DNA of 35,045 nt from an uncultured Methanospirillum sp. (GTDB lineage Archaea > Halobacteriota > Methanomicrobia > Methanomicrobiales > Methanospirillaceae): NCBI GenBank assembly GCA_964610235.1, contig CAZSVH010000003.1, forward strand, positions 1 through 35,045, written 5' to 3'. Within the stretch, counting starts at the first letter, position 1, and every line of letters starts with the position of its first letter. Both the position numbers and the translations under genes were made by a program. The notes under the pieces were generated by a model, which saw only the letters and a program-made list of their open reading frames with translations, did no database searches and was not told where the DNA came from. Positions 1 through 10,647 of the stretch are shown here, piece after piece.

Positions 1-78
1 TGTTCATAACCCCCCGGATATCTCATGCCTGATATGTCCACATGGTTTCCCTGACGAGATAGTGGTTTTTTGGAACAC

Positions 79-86
79 TATTTAAA
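79..86 (-). promoter_or_regulatory. Probable archaeal TATA box for a divergent gene whose ATG is at about position 7 (minus strand, running off the window)
   Basis: The minus strand reads TTTAAATA. A minus-strand ATG at 5-7 is preceded by GGGGGG. Confidence 0.4.
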
Positions 87-464
87 CCATTCGGTTTCTC
101 TCTGAAAAAGGCCTGGAAATCTCTGATCTTTTGGGAAATACTGACGACTACCGGCCTGCACCTCTTGGCCCGGCGTCCGGCGTCCGGGATCCTGAAAAAG
201 ATGTATTGGTATTATTTTTTTAAAAAAATACAAAATTTAGAATAATTCCATCTCAATATCTGATGCCGGATATTCGGCAATCTCTATTGATGAATCCTAT
301 TCCGGGCGGTTCACGCGCAATTTTTCCCCGCTCACGATGCCGGGCAGATGATGGTGCCGCACTCCTCCTCGTCGAAATGAGCGAATGGAAGTCTTTTAGG
401 TGTACCGCGTGAGAGTAATATCAATTGCACAGCCTGCCTGTGAAACGCTTTTTATGAGGGAGAG

Positions 465-2768
465 ATGATGCCGGAAGAGAACACCCTGAGAATTCTCTAT
501 GTTGAAGATAATGAGGACCATTCATTCCTGGTGCTGCATGAACTGAAGAAAGGAGGCTACACTCCTGATCTGGTCAGGGTCGATACCATGCAGGCGGTGG
601 GGGAGGCTCTGGAGAAGCAGGAGTGGGATGTCCTCCTCTGTGATTATGCCCTTCCCGGGTTTACCGGAATGGATGTTCTCCAGGAATTCTCCCGACGTGG
701 TCTTGATATCCCGTTCATCGTCATATCCGGAGAGATTGGTGAGGATACTGCCGTCTCTCTCATGAGAAGCGGGGCTCATGATTACATCTTTAAAGGGAAC
801 TTGAAACCCCTTGTTCCGGTCATTCAGCGGGAGATCCGGGAGTCGGAGAACCGGAAGAAGAGCCGTGAAAATGAACGGATCCGGGAGGCGGAAGCACGGA
901 AGTACCGGGCGATGATCGATTCTGCCTACGAGGCGATCACCCTCCTGGATGGATCCGTTCTGGTGGAAGGGAACTCAACCACCCGTGAGATATTCGGAAT
1001 CCATGACAGCCAGTCCATGATCGGGAAGGATCTCAGGGATTTCTCTCCTCCCATGCAGCCGGACGGGGCTGACTCTCTCGTCTTCTTTCAGAAACGGCTG
1101 AATGCTGCGATGAGTGGTATTCCACAGGATTTTGAATGTGTTCTCATCAGGGGAGACGGGCATGAGTTCGATGCGGAAGTAACTCTCAAGGCACTCACCC
1201 TTTCTGAAGGGCAGCGTATTCAGGCAACATTTCGTGATATCACCGAAAGAAAACGGGTGGAGCGTGAGATGAAGGAGCAGATGGAGACGATCCGCGAGCT
1301 CCAGCAGCAGGAGATGACGATGATCAATCAGAACCCGCTCCCGCTCCTTCTCATGAACCTTGATCTCCAGATCCTGAAGGTAAATGACTCATTCCTCCGG
1401 ATGAGCGGGTATTCTGAGTCCCAGCTCCTGGCCATGAAGGCACATGACTTCAAGGTACTTGAAAAGTCGGGGATGGGTCTGCGGGATGCCCTGAAGACGA
1501 AAAAAGCGGTCACCGGTAATCTGGTCGTGGAATTTCCGACCGGAGTCCACCATATCGAGCAGGATATCATCCCCCTCCTTGACAAGCATACCGAAGTTGT
1601 GAGCGTCATGTCGACGTACAAGGACAAGACCGGGGAGATAAAGAAGGAGAAAGAAATCCAGCGGATGATGCAGGAGTCACGGGATCATGCGGATGCTCTT
1701 GATATGAGCGCAAAGGATCTCGCCGTCGCTTTTGAGGCGGTTTCGGCGGGAGATCTCACCACCCATATTCTGATCCGGGAGTCTGACCCCCTCCTCGTCG
1801 TCAAGAATGATGCGAAGAAGACGGTCGGTGCACTCCGGGCCTCGCTCCTCGAGGCGAACCGGGTCTCGACCGATGTCTCTGATACGATGGAGGACATCAG
1901 CAGGGGCTCTGAGTCCATTGCACAGGCAGCGGTCAGGGTCGTGGAGACGGTTCAGCGATCTGCAGAGACCGGCCAGGATTTGATGACCCATATCGAAGCG
2001 ATCACCGACCAGATATCCACTCTTTCTGCATCGAACGAAGAGATTACCAGCACCTCCCAGGAGATTTTAACCCACGCCCAGGATGTGACGGTCAGGGGCA
2101 GTGAAGCCCAGACTCTTGGGAATGAAGCGAACCTTCGGATGGATGCGGTCAAACGGATTGCCCAGGAGAGTGTGGAGGATATCGATGAGCTCAATACCCA
2201 GATCCGGGAGATCAACAAGATCGTCAAGATGATCAATGATATCGCCGGACAGATTAATCTCCTCGCCCTGAACGCGGCTATCGAAGCGGCACGGGCAGGG
2301 GACGCCGGCCGTGGGTTTGCGGTGGTTGCCGGAGAGGTCAAGAACCTTGCTGCTGATGCCCGGAGAGCGACGGACCATATATCTGAGGTGATCACTGCCA
2401 TCCAGCGGAGCAGCGAGAAGACCTCCACCGCCATCCGGTCTTCCCACTCTGAGATCGCACACGGGGTGGAGAGTGTGACCCGGACGATTGGTTCTCTGAA
2501 CCAGATGGTGAACGGTGCCTCTCAAGTGACCCGTGATATGCAGGAGATCGTCCGGGCGATCGAGGATCAGGCCACGATATCCTCGTCAGTGGTGAGAACC
2601 GCACAGGAAGGAATGCGGCTGACCACGGAGAATCTCGCCCAGGTGGAGGAGGTCTCCACCCTTGCTGCCCAGGTGAGCGCCTCGGTGGAGGAGATCAACA
2701 GTGCCATCAGCGAGGTGAATGACCTCACCGGGGACCTGAAGAGAGAGATCCAGAAGTTCCGGATGTAG
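465..2768 (+). CDS. Cytoplasmic methyl-accepting chemotaxis protein with N-terminal response-regulator receiver and two PAS domains
   Basis: REC motifs: LYVEDNED, phosphoacceptor [16 protein letters not shown]. Two PAS-like segments, one ending [13 protein letters not shown] hairpin [37 protein letters not shown]. No transmembrane helix seen. Confidence 0.92.
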   Translation: MMPEENTLRILYVEDNEDHSFLVLHELKKGGYTPDLVRVDTMQAVGEALEKQEWDVLLCDYALPGFTGMDVLQEFSRRGLDIPFIVISGEIGEDTAVSLMRSGAHDYIFKGNLKPLVPVIQREIRESENRKKSRENERIREAEARKYRAMIDSAYEAITLLDGSVLVEGNSTTREIFGIHDSQSMIGKDLRDFSPPMQPDGADSLVFFQKRLNAAMSGIPQDFECVLIRGDGHEFDAEVTLKALTLSEGQRIQATFRDITERKRVEREMKEQMETIRELQQQEMTMINQNPLPLLLMNLDLQILKVNDSFLRMSGYSESQLLAMKAHDFKVLEKSGMGLRDALKTKKAVTGNLVVEFPTGVHHIEQDIIPLLDKHTEVVSVMSTYKDKTGEIKKEKEIQRMMQESRDHADALDMSAKDLAVAFEAVSAGDLTTHILIRESDPLLVVKNDAKKTVGALRASLLEANRVSTDVSDTMEDISRGSESIAQAAVRVVETVQRSAETGQDLMTHIEAITDQISTLSASNEEITSTSQEILTHAQDVTVRGSEAQTLGNEANLRMDAVKRIAQESVEDIDELNTQIREINKIVKMINDIAGQINLLALNAAIEAARAGDAGRGFAVVAGEVKNLAADARRATDHISEVITAIQRSSEKTSTAIRSSHSEIAHGVESVTRTIGSLNQMVNGASQVTRDMQEIVRAIEDQATISSSVVRTAQEGMRLTTENLAQVEEVSTLAAQVSASVEEINSAISEVNDLTGDLKREIQKFRM

Positions 2769-2769
2769 A

Positions 2770-3699
2770 TCAGAAGAAGTTCTGGGTGATGTAGTAGTCA
2801 GTCCCGTCAAATGCACAACCGAGTCCGATCACTTCGAATTCGGGCAGCAGCAGGGTCGCCTTATGCGACGGGCTGTCCATGAATGACCGGACGGCAATCC
2901 GTGCTATCTGATCGGGATCATCGGGGTTGATCTCCCCGAACCTGAAGACATCCCCGATGGGTATCTTCACGATGTTCTCACTGATTCCGGCAAACTCCTC
3001 CCCGCCGGGGAGGTATCTGAGCTGGGGATACCCGTGTCTGCCGGCCCGGTCCACCGGGTCTTCCCCGTCCGGGTTGATATGGTCAAAAAATTTCCTCTCT
3101 GCCATATCCTCGCTCATCTCCCGGGCGATGATGTCCAGTGCGCCGTCCCGGCTGAGGGGGCCGAGATTTCTGAGCTCCCGTTCGTCATTGGAGTACCTGG
3201 TGACGAGATCACTGATCCGTTCATTATACCATTCCTGGGGACGGGTGAATGACCGGTCGATGGTGATCGTGCCTCCGGTGATCACATTATCCTCCTCCCG
3301 GGCATCTTTGAGAAGTCTGAACTTCCCCTCGGTCCGTGCTCCGGTGAAGTAGGTTCCTGGTGAGATCCGGTCAGGGACGGTCCCGATGATTCCTTTCTCC
3401 ACTGATGCTCCGGGCCGGAGAAACGCGACCTCGGTCGTTCCAATCGGGTAATCATCAGGGGTGATATTCGGATCAACCGAGAGATAGAGGGTGACCGTCT
3501 CGGTCATGGAGATCTGGTCTCCGTTATTCTCCATCCTGAACCATCCGTACAGCGGACTGCCGGGAGCACCGGCGGGGGCACTGGCAAGGGAGGTGAACGC
3601 GAGATCCACCCGGGATTCACCCGAATCAGCCGTTCCCACCGGAACAAGGGCGATCACGATACTGAGAAGGATACAGGGGATGATGATTCTGGATGTCAT
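2770..3699 (-). CDS. Secreted CAP (SCP) domain protein with N-terminal CARDB/Ig-like domain
   Basis: Hydrophobic signal peptide. CAP motifs NDERELRNLGPL, FFDHINPDG, ENI, MDSPSHKATLL, IGLG...YITQNF. Confidence 0.85.
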   Translation of the reverse strand: MTSRIIIPCILLSIVIALVPVGTADSGESRVDLAFTSLASAPAGAPGSPLYGWFRMENNGDQISMTETVTLYLSVDPNITPDDYPIGTTEVAFLRPGASVEKGIIGTVPDRISPGTYFTGARTEGKFRLLKDAREEDNVITGGTITIDRSFTRPQEWYNERISDLVTRYSNDERELRNLGPLSRDGALDIIAREMSEDMAERKFFDHINPDGEDPVDRAGRHGYPQLRYLPGGEEFAGISENIVKIPIGDVFRFGEINPDDPDQIARIAVRSFMDSPSHKATLLLPEFEVIGLGCAFDGTDYYITQNFF

Positions 3700-3795
3700 G
3701 ATTCTGGCGTGATATATCAGTACTCAGTCAGGTACCGGTTGAGAGGATAATTAGTTCGCGGTCCGGTTGCAGGCGGAACGGACAGGGATAGCTGA

Positions 3796-4260
3796 TCAGT
3801 ACCGGAACCACCGCATCATCACGATCGCGTCCTCGGTATTCGCGTAATATCCTGCTATCTGGAACACCGGTTCATATCCCTTTTTTTTATAGAACTCCTG
3901 GGCGGTCCGGTTGGAGATCCGTACCTCCAGCTGCATTGCGGTTGCTCCGGCAATCATGACCTGGTACTCGGCACGCCTGACCAGGGCAGATCCGATCCCT
4001 GAGTGCCGGTGCTCTCCTGATACCGCCAGACTGCAGATATGCCCATAGATCTCCTCCCCGGTATCCTCCATCCCGCAGATGATGAATCCGGCGACTCTCC
4101 CTGCGGATTCAGCGATAAAATTGGTTGCCGGGAAGATCTCCAGGGCCTCGGCCAGGGTCTCTCTCCCCCAGGGATCGGTGAATGAACTCTGTTCGATCGC
4201 CATAACAGCAGGAATATCAGCCTCCTTCATCCTGCGTATCTGCATAGTCGTGGTATCCAT
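3796..4260 (-). CDS. rimI: Ribosomal-protein-alanine N-acetyltransferase (GNAT, RimI/Ard1-like)
   Basis: IEQSSF.DPW, acetyl-CoA motif HRHSGIGSAL, LEVRISN..AQEFYKK.GY, YYANTEDA. ATG at 4260 preferred over the upstream GTG at 4281. Confidence 0.88.
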   Translation of the reverse strand: MDTTTMQIRRMKEADIPAVMAIEQSSFTDPWGRETLAEALEIFPATNFIAESAGRVAGFIICGMEDTGEEIYGHICSLAVSGEHRHSGIGSALVRRAEYQVMIAGATAMQLEVRISNRTAQEFYKKKGYEPVFQIAGYYANTEDAIVMMRWFRY

Positions 4261-4333
4261 CTGCGCATACAGGTTAGTCACTGCCCTGATATAGGGGCAG
4301 GGGGATACGTATTAGCGGACTGGTGTCAGAGTC

Positions 4334-5590
4334 ATGGTACATATATATCCTTTTGCTGCAGTGCGGCCTGCTGACGGGAAGGCCCAGCAGATCGCTGCCG
4401 TCCCGTATGACGTGGTCAGTGCCGGAGAAGCCCGGGCTATCATTGAGGATCAGCCGCTGAGTTTTCTCAGGATCAGCAGGGCAGATGCCCTCCTTCCCGA
4501 TTCCGACCCGTATAGTGATCCGGTCTACTCTCTCTCCCGGAGGATCTTTGACGAGTACCGAAAGGACGGGCATTTTATTCAGGAGTCGTCTCCCCTGCTG
4601 TTTGTATACCGGGTTCTTGACAGTGAACGGACCTATACCGGCCTGTACTGCTGCGTGGATACCCGTGAGTACGAGAGCGGGGCGATTCACCGGCATGAAC
4701 TCACCCGGTATGACAAGGAGGAGGATCGCACCCGCCATATCGATGAGATGAATGCCAATACCGGTCCGGTCGTCCTTCTTCACCGGAAGCATGAACAGGT
4801 CGCTGCCCTGCTCCATGCCGCTTCTGCCGGTACCCCGCTCATGGAGGTGACGGCAGCAAACGGGTCTGTTCACCGTATCTATCCGATCAGGGATCAGCAG
4901 ACCCTCTCCTCCCTCTCTGACATCTTTGGAACAATTCCCTCGCTCTACATCGCCGACGGTCATCACCGGTGCAAGTCGGCGGTCAATGTGACCGAACGAA
5001 GGAGAGGGCGGGGGATGCAGATCCCGGAAGAGACCTACCATGTGATGGGCGTGATATTTGCCGAGGACGAGGTGAAGGTCCACGGATACAGCCGGCTTCT
5101 TACCACCCTGGGTGACTATGAACCCGGGTCTTTCCTCTCAGCCCTGCGGGCGGTTGCCACGGTCACTCCCTTCGACGGGGTGGATGCCTCTGCGTATGCC
5201 ATCACCCCCCGGGAGAAGCGGGCAGGACAGCATATCTTCCATCTCTACCTCCAGGGACGGTGGTATGAATGTGCCATCCAGGTATCATCTTCTGCAACCC
5301 GGATCGACTCTCTGGATGTCTCAGTTCTGCAGGAACAGGTCCTCATTCCGTTCCTGGGGATAACGGATTCACGGGGCGATCCCCGGCTCCAGTACCTGGG
5401 TGGTGCCCGGCCGATCCGGGATCTGATGGAAAAAGTTGATTCTGGTGAGTTTGTGGCTGCCATCGCGATGCAGCCGGTGGATGTCCAGACCGTCTGTGAG
5501 ATAGCGGATGAAGGCGGGATCATGCCCCCGAAATCGACGTGGTTTGAACCCAAACTTCTGAGCGGGCTGCTCGTGCACCTGCTCGAGTAA
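4334..5590 (+). CDS. DUF1015 family protein (ParB/Srx-like fold)
   Basis: PYDVVS, IHRHELT, LYIADGHHR and MPPKSTWFEPKLLSGL are characteristic of DUF1015. Confidence 0.88.
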   Translation: MVHIYPFAAVRPADGKAQQIAAVPYDVVSAGEARAIIEDQPLSFLRISRADALLPDSDPYSDPVYSLSRRIFDEYRKDGHFIQESSPLLFVYRVLDSERTYTGLYCCVDTREYESGAIHRHELTRYDKEEDRTRHIDEMNANTGPVVLLHRKHEQVAALLHAASAGTPLMEVTAANGSVHRIYPIRDQQTLSSLSDIFGTIPSLYIADGHHRCKSAVNVTERRRGRGMQIPEETYHVMGVIFAEDEVKVHGYSRLLTTLGDYEPGSFLSALRAVATVTPFDGVDASAYAITPREKRAGQHIFHLYLQGRWYECAIQVSSSATRIDSLDVSVLQEQVLIPFLGITDSRGDPRLQYLGGARPIRDLMEKVDSGEFVAAIAMQPVDVQTVCEIADEGGIMPPKSTWFEPKLLSGLLVHLLE

Positions 5591-5595
5591 GACTA

Positions 5596-5627
5596 TTTTT
5601 TAAAAAAGAAGGCCACCGAAGGGTGGC
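5596..5627 (-). terminator. Hairpin plus oligo-T between convergent genes, possibly bidirectional
   Basis: GCCACC-gaag-GGTGGC stem-loop at 5612-5627. The adjacent T6A6 tract gives a U-run on either strand. Confidence 0.55.
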
Positions 5628-5638
5628 ATCCCTGTCGC

Positions 5639-6583
5639 TTATTCAGATCCGAGAATACTGATCGGGGCTTCGATGTCGGTTGCGGTGCTCATCATCGAGA
5701 CCATCTCGGGTTGCTGTGCCATCATGACAATGACCTCTTCTTCGCACTTGTAACTGCGGGCATGGAGCTTATAGGATCCGCTTCCGCTCTTGGCATAGAC
5801 GACCGCATAGTACCGGGACCCGGTGGTCGGGTAGGTGATGCCGACATACTTGTAGGAGCCGCTGCTGGTGTCTGCCTTGGTTGCCGTGCATCCACGGTAC
5901 CGGGGGTCACAGTCCTTGTAGATATACAGGGAGAAGTCAGGTCCGCAATAGCTGGAACGGAGCGTGCTGACCTCGTTCGCGGACATCATGGACATCGGAA
6001 TAACCTGTTCACCGCATGGTCCGGTGAGTATCCACTCGATGTAGTTCCGGTCTCCGGTGATCTGGTAGGTGTAGGTCTTCCACTCCCCGGCATTCAGGTA
6101 CCCGGTCTTGACATTGTCTGCTGCCGGGACACAGTTGGTTCCCCCGCAGTTCGGGTTTCCGTAGCACGGGTCCGGGTATGGCGGGGTCGGGCTGGTACAG
6201 GTGCTGGAGGCGTCAAGGGTGAACTGTCCGAATCCGGAGTAGGCGTATACTTGGACGTACCAGCTTCCCTGATCAAGGTTCAGATACTTGGTCTGGCTGT
6301 ATGACTGCTCTGACTTGTCATAGTGTGACCTGATGTAACTGTCAGACGGCCAGGATCCGATCGGGCTTCTCATGGCGAAGATGTCATAGTCTGCGCCGTA
6401 TGGAGCGTTCATCACCAGCTGGGCCCCGCAGTCCACCTGGATCTCGTAGGTGGCTGCCTGGCCGGTGTTCAGGTAGGCACTCTTGGACCAGTAGTACCCG
6501 GCACTTGCTGAGCCGGGAGCGATACATGCTGCGATGATCACAAGGACCGCCACAACCGTCAGATATCCTGAAATATGTTTCAT
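5639..6583 (-). CDS. Secreted Cys/Tyr-rich protein with two PPC-like (pre-peptidase C-terminal) beta-sandwich domains, paralog 1
   Basis: Signal peptide. Repeated DYDIF/DFSLY...YVQVYAYSGFGQFTL and YAVVYAKSGSGSYKL motifs typical of PPC domains. 314 aa. Confidence 0.65.
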   Translation of the reverse strand: MKHISGYLTVVAVLVIIAACIAPGSASAGYYWSKSAYLNTGQAATYEIQVDCGAQLVMNAPYGADYDIFAMRSPIGSWPSDSYIRSHYDKSEQSYSQTKYLNLDQGSWYVQVYAYSGFGQFTLDASSTCTSPTPPYPDPCYGNPNCGGTNCVPAADNVKTGYLNAGEWKTYTYQITGDRNYIEWILTGPCGEQVIPMSMMSANEVSTLRSSYCGPDFSLYIYKDCDPRYRGCTATKADTSSGSYKYVGITYPTTGSRYYAVVYAKSGSGSYKLHARSYKCEEEVIVMMAQQPEMVSMMSTATDIEAPISILGSE

Positions 6584-6688
6584 TTTCTCTCCCCTATCCG
6601 TTACCTTGGTTTTACAGTATGATCTTACTCAAGGTGGCTAATCAATCTTCCTCAATTACCAGAGGAAGGGCATTCAACAGTCTGTTCC

Positions 6689-7633
6689 TTACGATGGCGG
6701 GGCAACCGAGGTTGCCGTGTACATCATCACCGATGAGTCTGGTTGTGCCATCATGATCGTGACCGGCTCCGTGCAGGTATAACTCCTGCAGGTCAGGGTA
6801 TACTGACCGCTTCCGCTCTTTGCATAGACCTGGGCATAGTAGGTGGACCCGGCACGCGGGTAGGATACCCCGACATACGCGTTGGCACCCCTTCCGGTGT
6901 CTGCATAGTCTGCAACCCCGCCATAGGGCCGTGGACCGGTTCCGCGATAGATGTAGAGATCGAAGTCGTTTCCGCAGTACCGGGTCCGCATGGAGCTGAC
7001 CTCACTGCCTGACATCATCGCCATCGGGATCACTTCCTCTCCACAGGGCCCGGTGAGGATCCACTCGATGTACGACCTTCCGGACGGGATGTAATACCCG
7101 GTTGTCCTGCTCTGCCCCTGGTGGAGGTATCCGCTCTTTACGTCAACCTTATAGGGGGAACAGGACGGAGCCGGCTGGCATTTCCCGCCACAGCAGGGAT
7201 CCCCGATACATGGATCATAGGGCGGGGGTACCGGTCCGAGGCAGGAGCTGCTGCTCTCCAGCCTGAACTGTCCGGACCCGTACCTGGCATATACCGCGAC
7301 ACACCAGTCTCCGGGTTCGAGGTAGAGGTAACTGACCGCCCCGTTGCTCACGGATACCCTGTCATAATGTGTCCTGATGTACGAGGCACCCGGACACGAT
7401 CCGTACCTGTCATAATTTCTCATTGCATAGAGATCAAAGGCAGCCCCATACGGAGAGTTCAGGATGAGCTGCGAACCGCAACTGACCTGAATCGCCTGGA
7501 CCGTCCCCTGGCCTTCGGTCAGGTACTCCGAACGCGTCCAGGTGACGTGGGAAGAAGCTGCCGCTGTACCCACTGCAAGGAGGGCAATGGTCAAGAAGAC
7601 CGTTACACCGGTTACATACCGTGATGAATACAT
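6689..7633 (-). CDS. Secreted Cys/Tyr-rich protein with two PPC-like domains, paralog 2
   Basis: Collinear with 5639-6583 (e.g. shared YIEWILTGPCGE and YAKSGSG). ATG at 7633 follows a GAGGTGAG RBS and gives 314 aa, the same length as the paralog. Confidence 0.65.
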   Translation of the reverse strand: MYSSRYVTGVTVFLTIALLAVGTAAASSHVTWTRSEYLTEGQGTVQAIQVSCGSQLILNSPYGAAFDLYAMRNYDRYGSCPGASYIRTHYDRVSVSNGAVSYLYLEPGDWCVAVYARYGSGQFRLESSSSCLGPVPPPYDPCIGDPCCGGKCQPAPSCSPYKVDVKSGYLHQGQSRTTGYYIPSGRSYIEWILTGPCGEEVIPMAMMSGSEVSSMRTRYCGNDFDLYIYRGTGPRPYGGVADYADTGRGANAYVGVSYPRAGSTYYAQVYAKSGSGQYTLTCRSYTCTEPVTIMMAQPDSSVMMYTATSVAPPS

Positions 7634-7755
7634 CTCACCTCTCCCACAGGGCATAACCACCCTGCCATGATCGTAACTATCCGGTTCGTGCATTATAATC
7701 CTTCTGTTTCACAAAAAGGATTAGTAAATTGTATTTTACAAAAAGGAAAGGGGTC

Positions 7756-8535
7756 TTACTGAGGATCCGGGAGGGGCGGGCAGACCAGCCGTTCCTCGCC
7801 GGGGGTGTACATCAGGGCAACCTCCCCGATGACAATTACCGCCGGGGCCTGCACCCCTGCCGCACGTGCCCTGGCCCCGATATCTGCGAGTGTACCGATG
7901 GTTTCACGCTGATCAGGGCGTAACCCGCGTTCGATCACGGCAACTGGTGTCTCCGGGCTGCGCCCGAACCGGATCAGGGTGCTGGCGATCACCGGCAGGT
8001 TCCTGACCCCCATCAGGACCACGATGGTCCCCGAACTCCGTGCCAGCCACTCCCAGTCGATGGCTGACTCCTCCTTCTCCGGACTCTCGTTCCCGGTGAT
8101 GACCGTCACCTGCGAGGCCCATCTCCGGTGGGTGATCGGAATGCCGACTGAAGCCGGGACCGCAATCGCACTCGTCACCCCGGGTACCACCTCAACCGGA
8201 ACCCCGGCCTTGCGGCAGGTCTCCAGTTCCTCTCCGCCCCTTCCGAACATGAACGGATCCCCTCCTTTCAGCCTGACCACCTTCTTCCCTTCCCGGGCCC
8301 GGCTGATCATCAGGGCCTCAATCTCATCCTGCTCCCGGGTGTGGTGTCCCCCGAACTTTCCGACATCGATCTGTTCAGCGGTTGCCGGGAGGGATGCGAT
8401 CACCTCTTCCCCGGGGAGCTGGTCATAGAGGATTACGTCAGCCTGATCGATGACGGTACGGGCCCGGATGGTGAGCATGTCACACCCTCCCGGTCCGGAT
8501 CCCACAAGATACACTTTTCCTGTCTTCTCAGTCAT
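7756..8535 (-). CDS. cobA: Uroporphyrinogen-III C-methyltransferase
   Basis: GKVYLVGSGPG, VVRLKGGDPFMFGRGGEE, VPGVTSA. The true start is MTEKTG at 8535, overlapping the hemC stop; the ORF-track N-terminal extension is spurious. Confidence 0.93.
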   Translation of the reverse strand: MTEKTGKVYLVGSGPGGCDMLTIRARTVIDQADVILYDQLPGEEVIASLPATAEQIDVGKFGGHHTREQDEIEALMISRAREGKKVVRLKGGDPFMFGRGGEELETCRKAGVPVEVVPGVTSAIAVPASVGIPITHRRWASQVTVITGNESPEKEESAIDWEWLARSSGTIVVLMGVRNLPVIASTLIRFGRSPETPVAVIERGLRPDQRETIGTLADIGARARAAGVQAPAVIVIGEVALMYTPGEERLVCPPLPDPQ

Positions 8536-9415
8536 GGTTGAGCCCCAGCCGGGTGTATGCCTCAGTGATGAGATCCCCGGCCCTGTTTCGGATTTCCCGC
8601 CCGCAGGCGCGGGCAGCCGTGTGGTCTTCAATTCTCTGTTCCAGCCGGAATGCCCGATCCCCCTCCAGGGAGAGCACCTCTGCAACCAGGAACTGTTCTC
8701 TGCAGTATATTCCGAGCGGGGTGAAACATCCTCCCCCGATCTCCTCCATGACCACCCGCTCCAGCCCGGTATCAATCCGGGTCTGTGGGTCGTCAATCCC
8801 TGCCAGGATTGCCGTGACCTCCGGTTCATCACGGCAGACGACGGCGATTGTCCCCTGGTTGGTGGAGGGGACATGGATGAGCGGATCGAGTCTGAATCCC
8901 GGGAGGGTGAGGGAGAGTCGTTGCAGTCCTGCTTCTGCGAGGAGGATGGCATCATACTCGCCCCTTCGCAGTCGCTCAAGCCGGGTGTCGACGTTCCCTC
9001 TGAGTGGCCGGATCGTGATCCCCGGCCAGTTCCGGCTGAGCTGGGCGGCCCGCCGGGTGCTGGAGGTCCCGACGATCCGGATTGCCTCCTTCTTCTTTTG
9101 CGTGACCACGAAATCGGCAGGAGAGTCCCGCTTCAGGATGGCTGCGGTTACCAGGCCTTCCGGTCGTTCTGCCGGGATGTCCTTCATCGAGTGGACCGCG
9201 ATGTCTACCTCCCGGTTGGAGAGGGCATCATCAAGTGTCCTGACAAAGACCCCCTGCCCCCCGATCTCATGGAGGGGTACCCCGGTCTTCTCGTCACCGA
9301 TGGTGGAGATGAAGACGATACTGACCCTGACCCCCTTTTCAGCCAGGAGCAGTGCGACCCGGTCAGCCTGTGCCCGGGCGAGGGTTGATGCCCGGGTTCC
9401 GATCCTCAGATGCAT
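8528..9415 (-). CDS. hemC: Hydroxymethylbilane synthase (porphobilinogen deaminase)
   Basis: [30 protein letters not shown], cofactor Cys in GGGCFTPLG. Confidence 0.95.
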   Translation of the reverse strand: MHLRIGTRASTLARAQADRVALLLAEKGVRVSIVFISTIGDEKTGVPLHEIGGQGVFVRTLDDALSNREVDIAVHSMKDIPAERPEGLVTAAILKRDSPADFVVTQKKKEAIRIVGTSSTRRAAQLSRNWPGITIRPLRGNVDTRLERLRRGEYDAILLAEAGLQRLSLTLPGFRLDPLIHVPSTNQGTIAVVCRDEPEVTAILAGIDDPQTRIDTGLERVVMEEIGGGCFTPLGIYCREQFLVAEVLSLEGDRAFRLEQRIEDHTAARACGREIRNRAGDLITEAYTRLGLNHD

Positions 9416-10647
9416 GACTGGTAGGCCTGGCAGATAGCCGCGATCTCCCCGTCCCCGTGGGCCGAGGAGATGAAGTTAGTCTCATACTGCGAGGGCGGGA
9501 GGAAGATGCCGCTCCCCAGCATCTCCTTCCAGAACCTGCCGAACCGGATGCTGTCTGCCTCTTTTGCCTCCCGGTAATTCCGGGGCGGAGCAGGCCGGTA
9601 GTAGTACTTGAACATCGATCCGATGCTCACGAAGGATCCGTTTCCTCCCCCGCAGACCTCCCCGATGGCCCTGACCTGGTCACCAAGCCGGGTATAGAGG
9701 TTGTGGTCGGCATGGATCCGGTCCAGGGTCGCGAGACCGGCTGTGAGCGAGAGGGGGTTGCCTGAGAAGGTTCCGGCCTGGTATACCGGGCCTGAAGGGG
9801 CGATACATGCCATGATATCCTTTCTTCCACCAAAGGCCCCGATGGGAAGACCTCCCCCGAGGATCTTCCCGAGGGTGGTCAGGTCAGGCTGTATGCCGAA
9901 GAGTCTCTGTGCCCCCCCGATACCGAGCCGGTACCCGGTGATAACCTCATCGAAGATGAGGAGCACATCATGCTCTGCGGTGATCTTCCGAACCTCATTC
10001 AGATACCCGGGCTCTGGCAGTACCGGCCCGATATTCCCCAGAACCGGCTCCATGATGAGGGCGGCAACCGACTCTTTGTCCTTTTCAAGGATGGCGGAGA
10101 GTGACTCTGTGTCGTTGTACGGGATCTGCCGCGTGTGCCTGACGAGATCCGGTACCACCCCGGCAGAGTCCGGTTGTCCGAGGGTGGTGCATCCGGATCC
10201 TGCCTGGACGAGGACTGCATCATGGGCACCGTGAAATCCCCCTTCAATCTTGATGATGTCCGGTCTGGCGGTAAACCCGCGGGCGAGCCGGATGGCTGCC
10301 ATGGTCGCTTCGGATCCTGAGGAGACGAACCTGACCATCTCAACCGAGGGATGGTCCGCGATGACCCGGCGGGCGAGGTCGATCTCCTCGGGGATCGGTG
10401 TTCCGTACAGCCAGCCGTCGGTAAGGCGGGCTGCGATTGCATCCCTGACTGCAGGATCTGCGTGGCCAAGGAGAAGCGGCCCGTACGCACAGCAGCAGTC
10501 GATGAGGTCTCTTCCGTCCGCCGTCGTGATCCGTGGTCCCTTCCCCGAGACGGTGTAGAAGGGAAATGGCTGTATCGCCCTGACCGGGCTGGAGACGCCT
10601 CCCGGTATGATCTGCCGTGCGATCTCGTAATATTCACTGCTCTTCAT
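9406..10647 (-). CDS. hemL: Glutamate-1-semialdehyde 2,1-aminomutase
   Basis: [28 protein letters not shown] lysine in [22 protein letters not shown]. Confidence 0.95.
   Translation of the reverse strand: MKSSEYYEIARQIIPGGVSSPVRAIQPFPFYTVSGKGPRITTADGRDLIDCCCAYGPLLLGHADPAVRDAIAARLTDGWLYGTPIPEEIDLARRVIADHPSVEMVRFVSSGSEATMAAIRLARGFTARPDIIKIEGGFHGAHDAVLVQAGSGCTTLGQPDSAGVVPDLVRHTRQIPYNDTESLSAILEKDKESVAALIMEPVLGNIGPVLPEPGYLNEVRKITAEHDVLLIFDEVITGYRLGIGGAQRLFGIQPDLTTLGKILGGGLPIGAFGGRKDIMACIAPSGPVYQAGTFSGNPLSLTAGLATLDRIHADHNLYTRLGDQVRAIGEVCGGGNGSFVSIGSMFKYYYRPAPPRNYREAKEADSIRFGRFWKEMLGSGIFLPPSQYETNFISSAHGDGEIAAICQAYQSCI

Noticed and set aside
8536-8979. N-terminal extension of the 407-aa cobA ORF
   Set aside because: It overlaps hemC in another frame and has no protein-like motifs. 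The true start is 8535.
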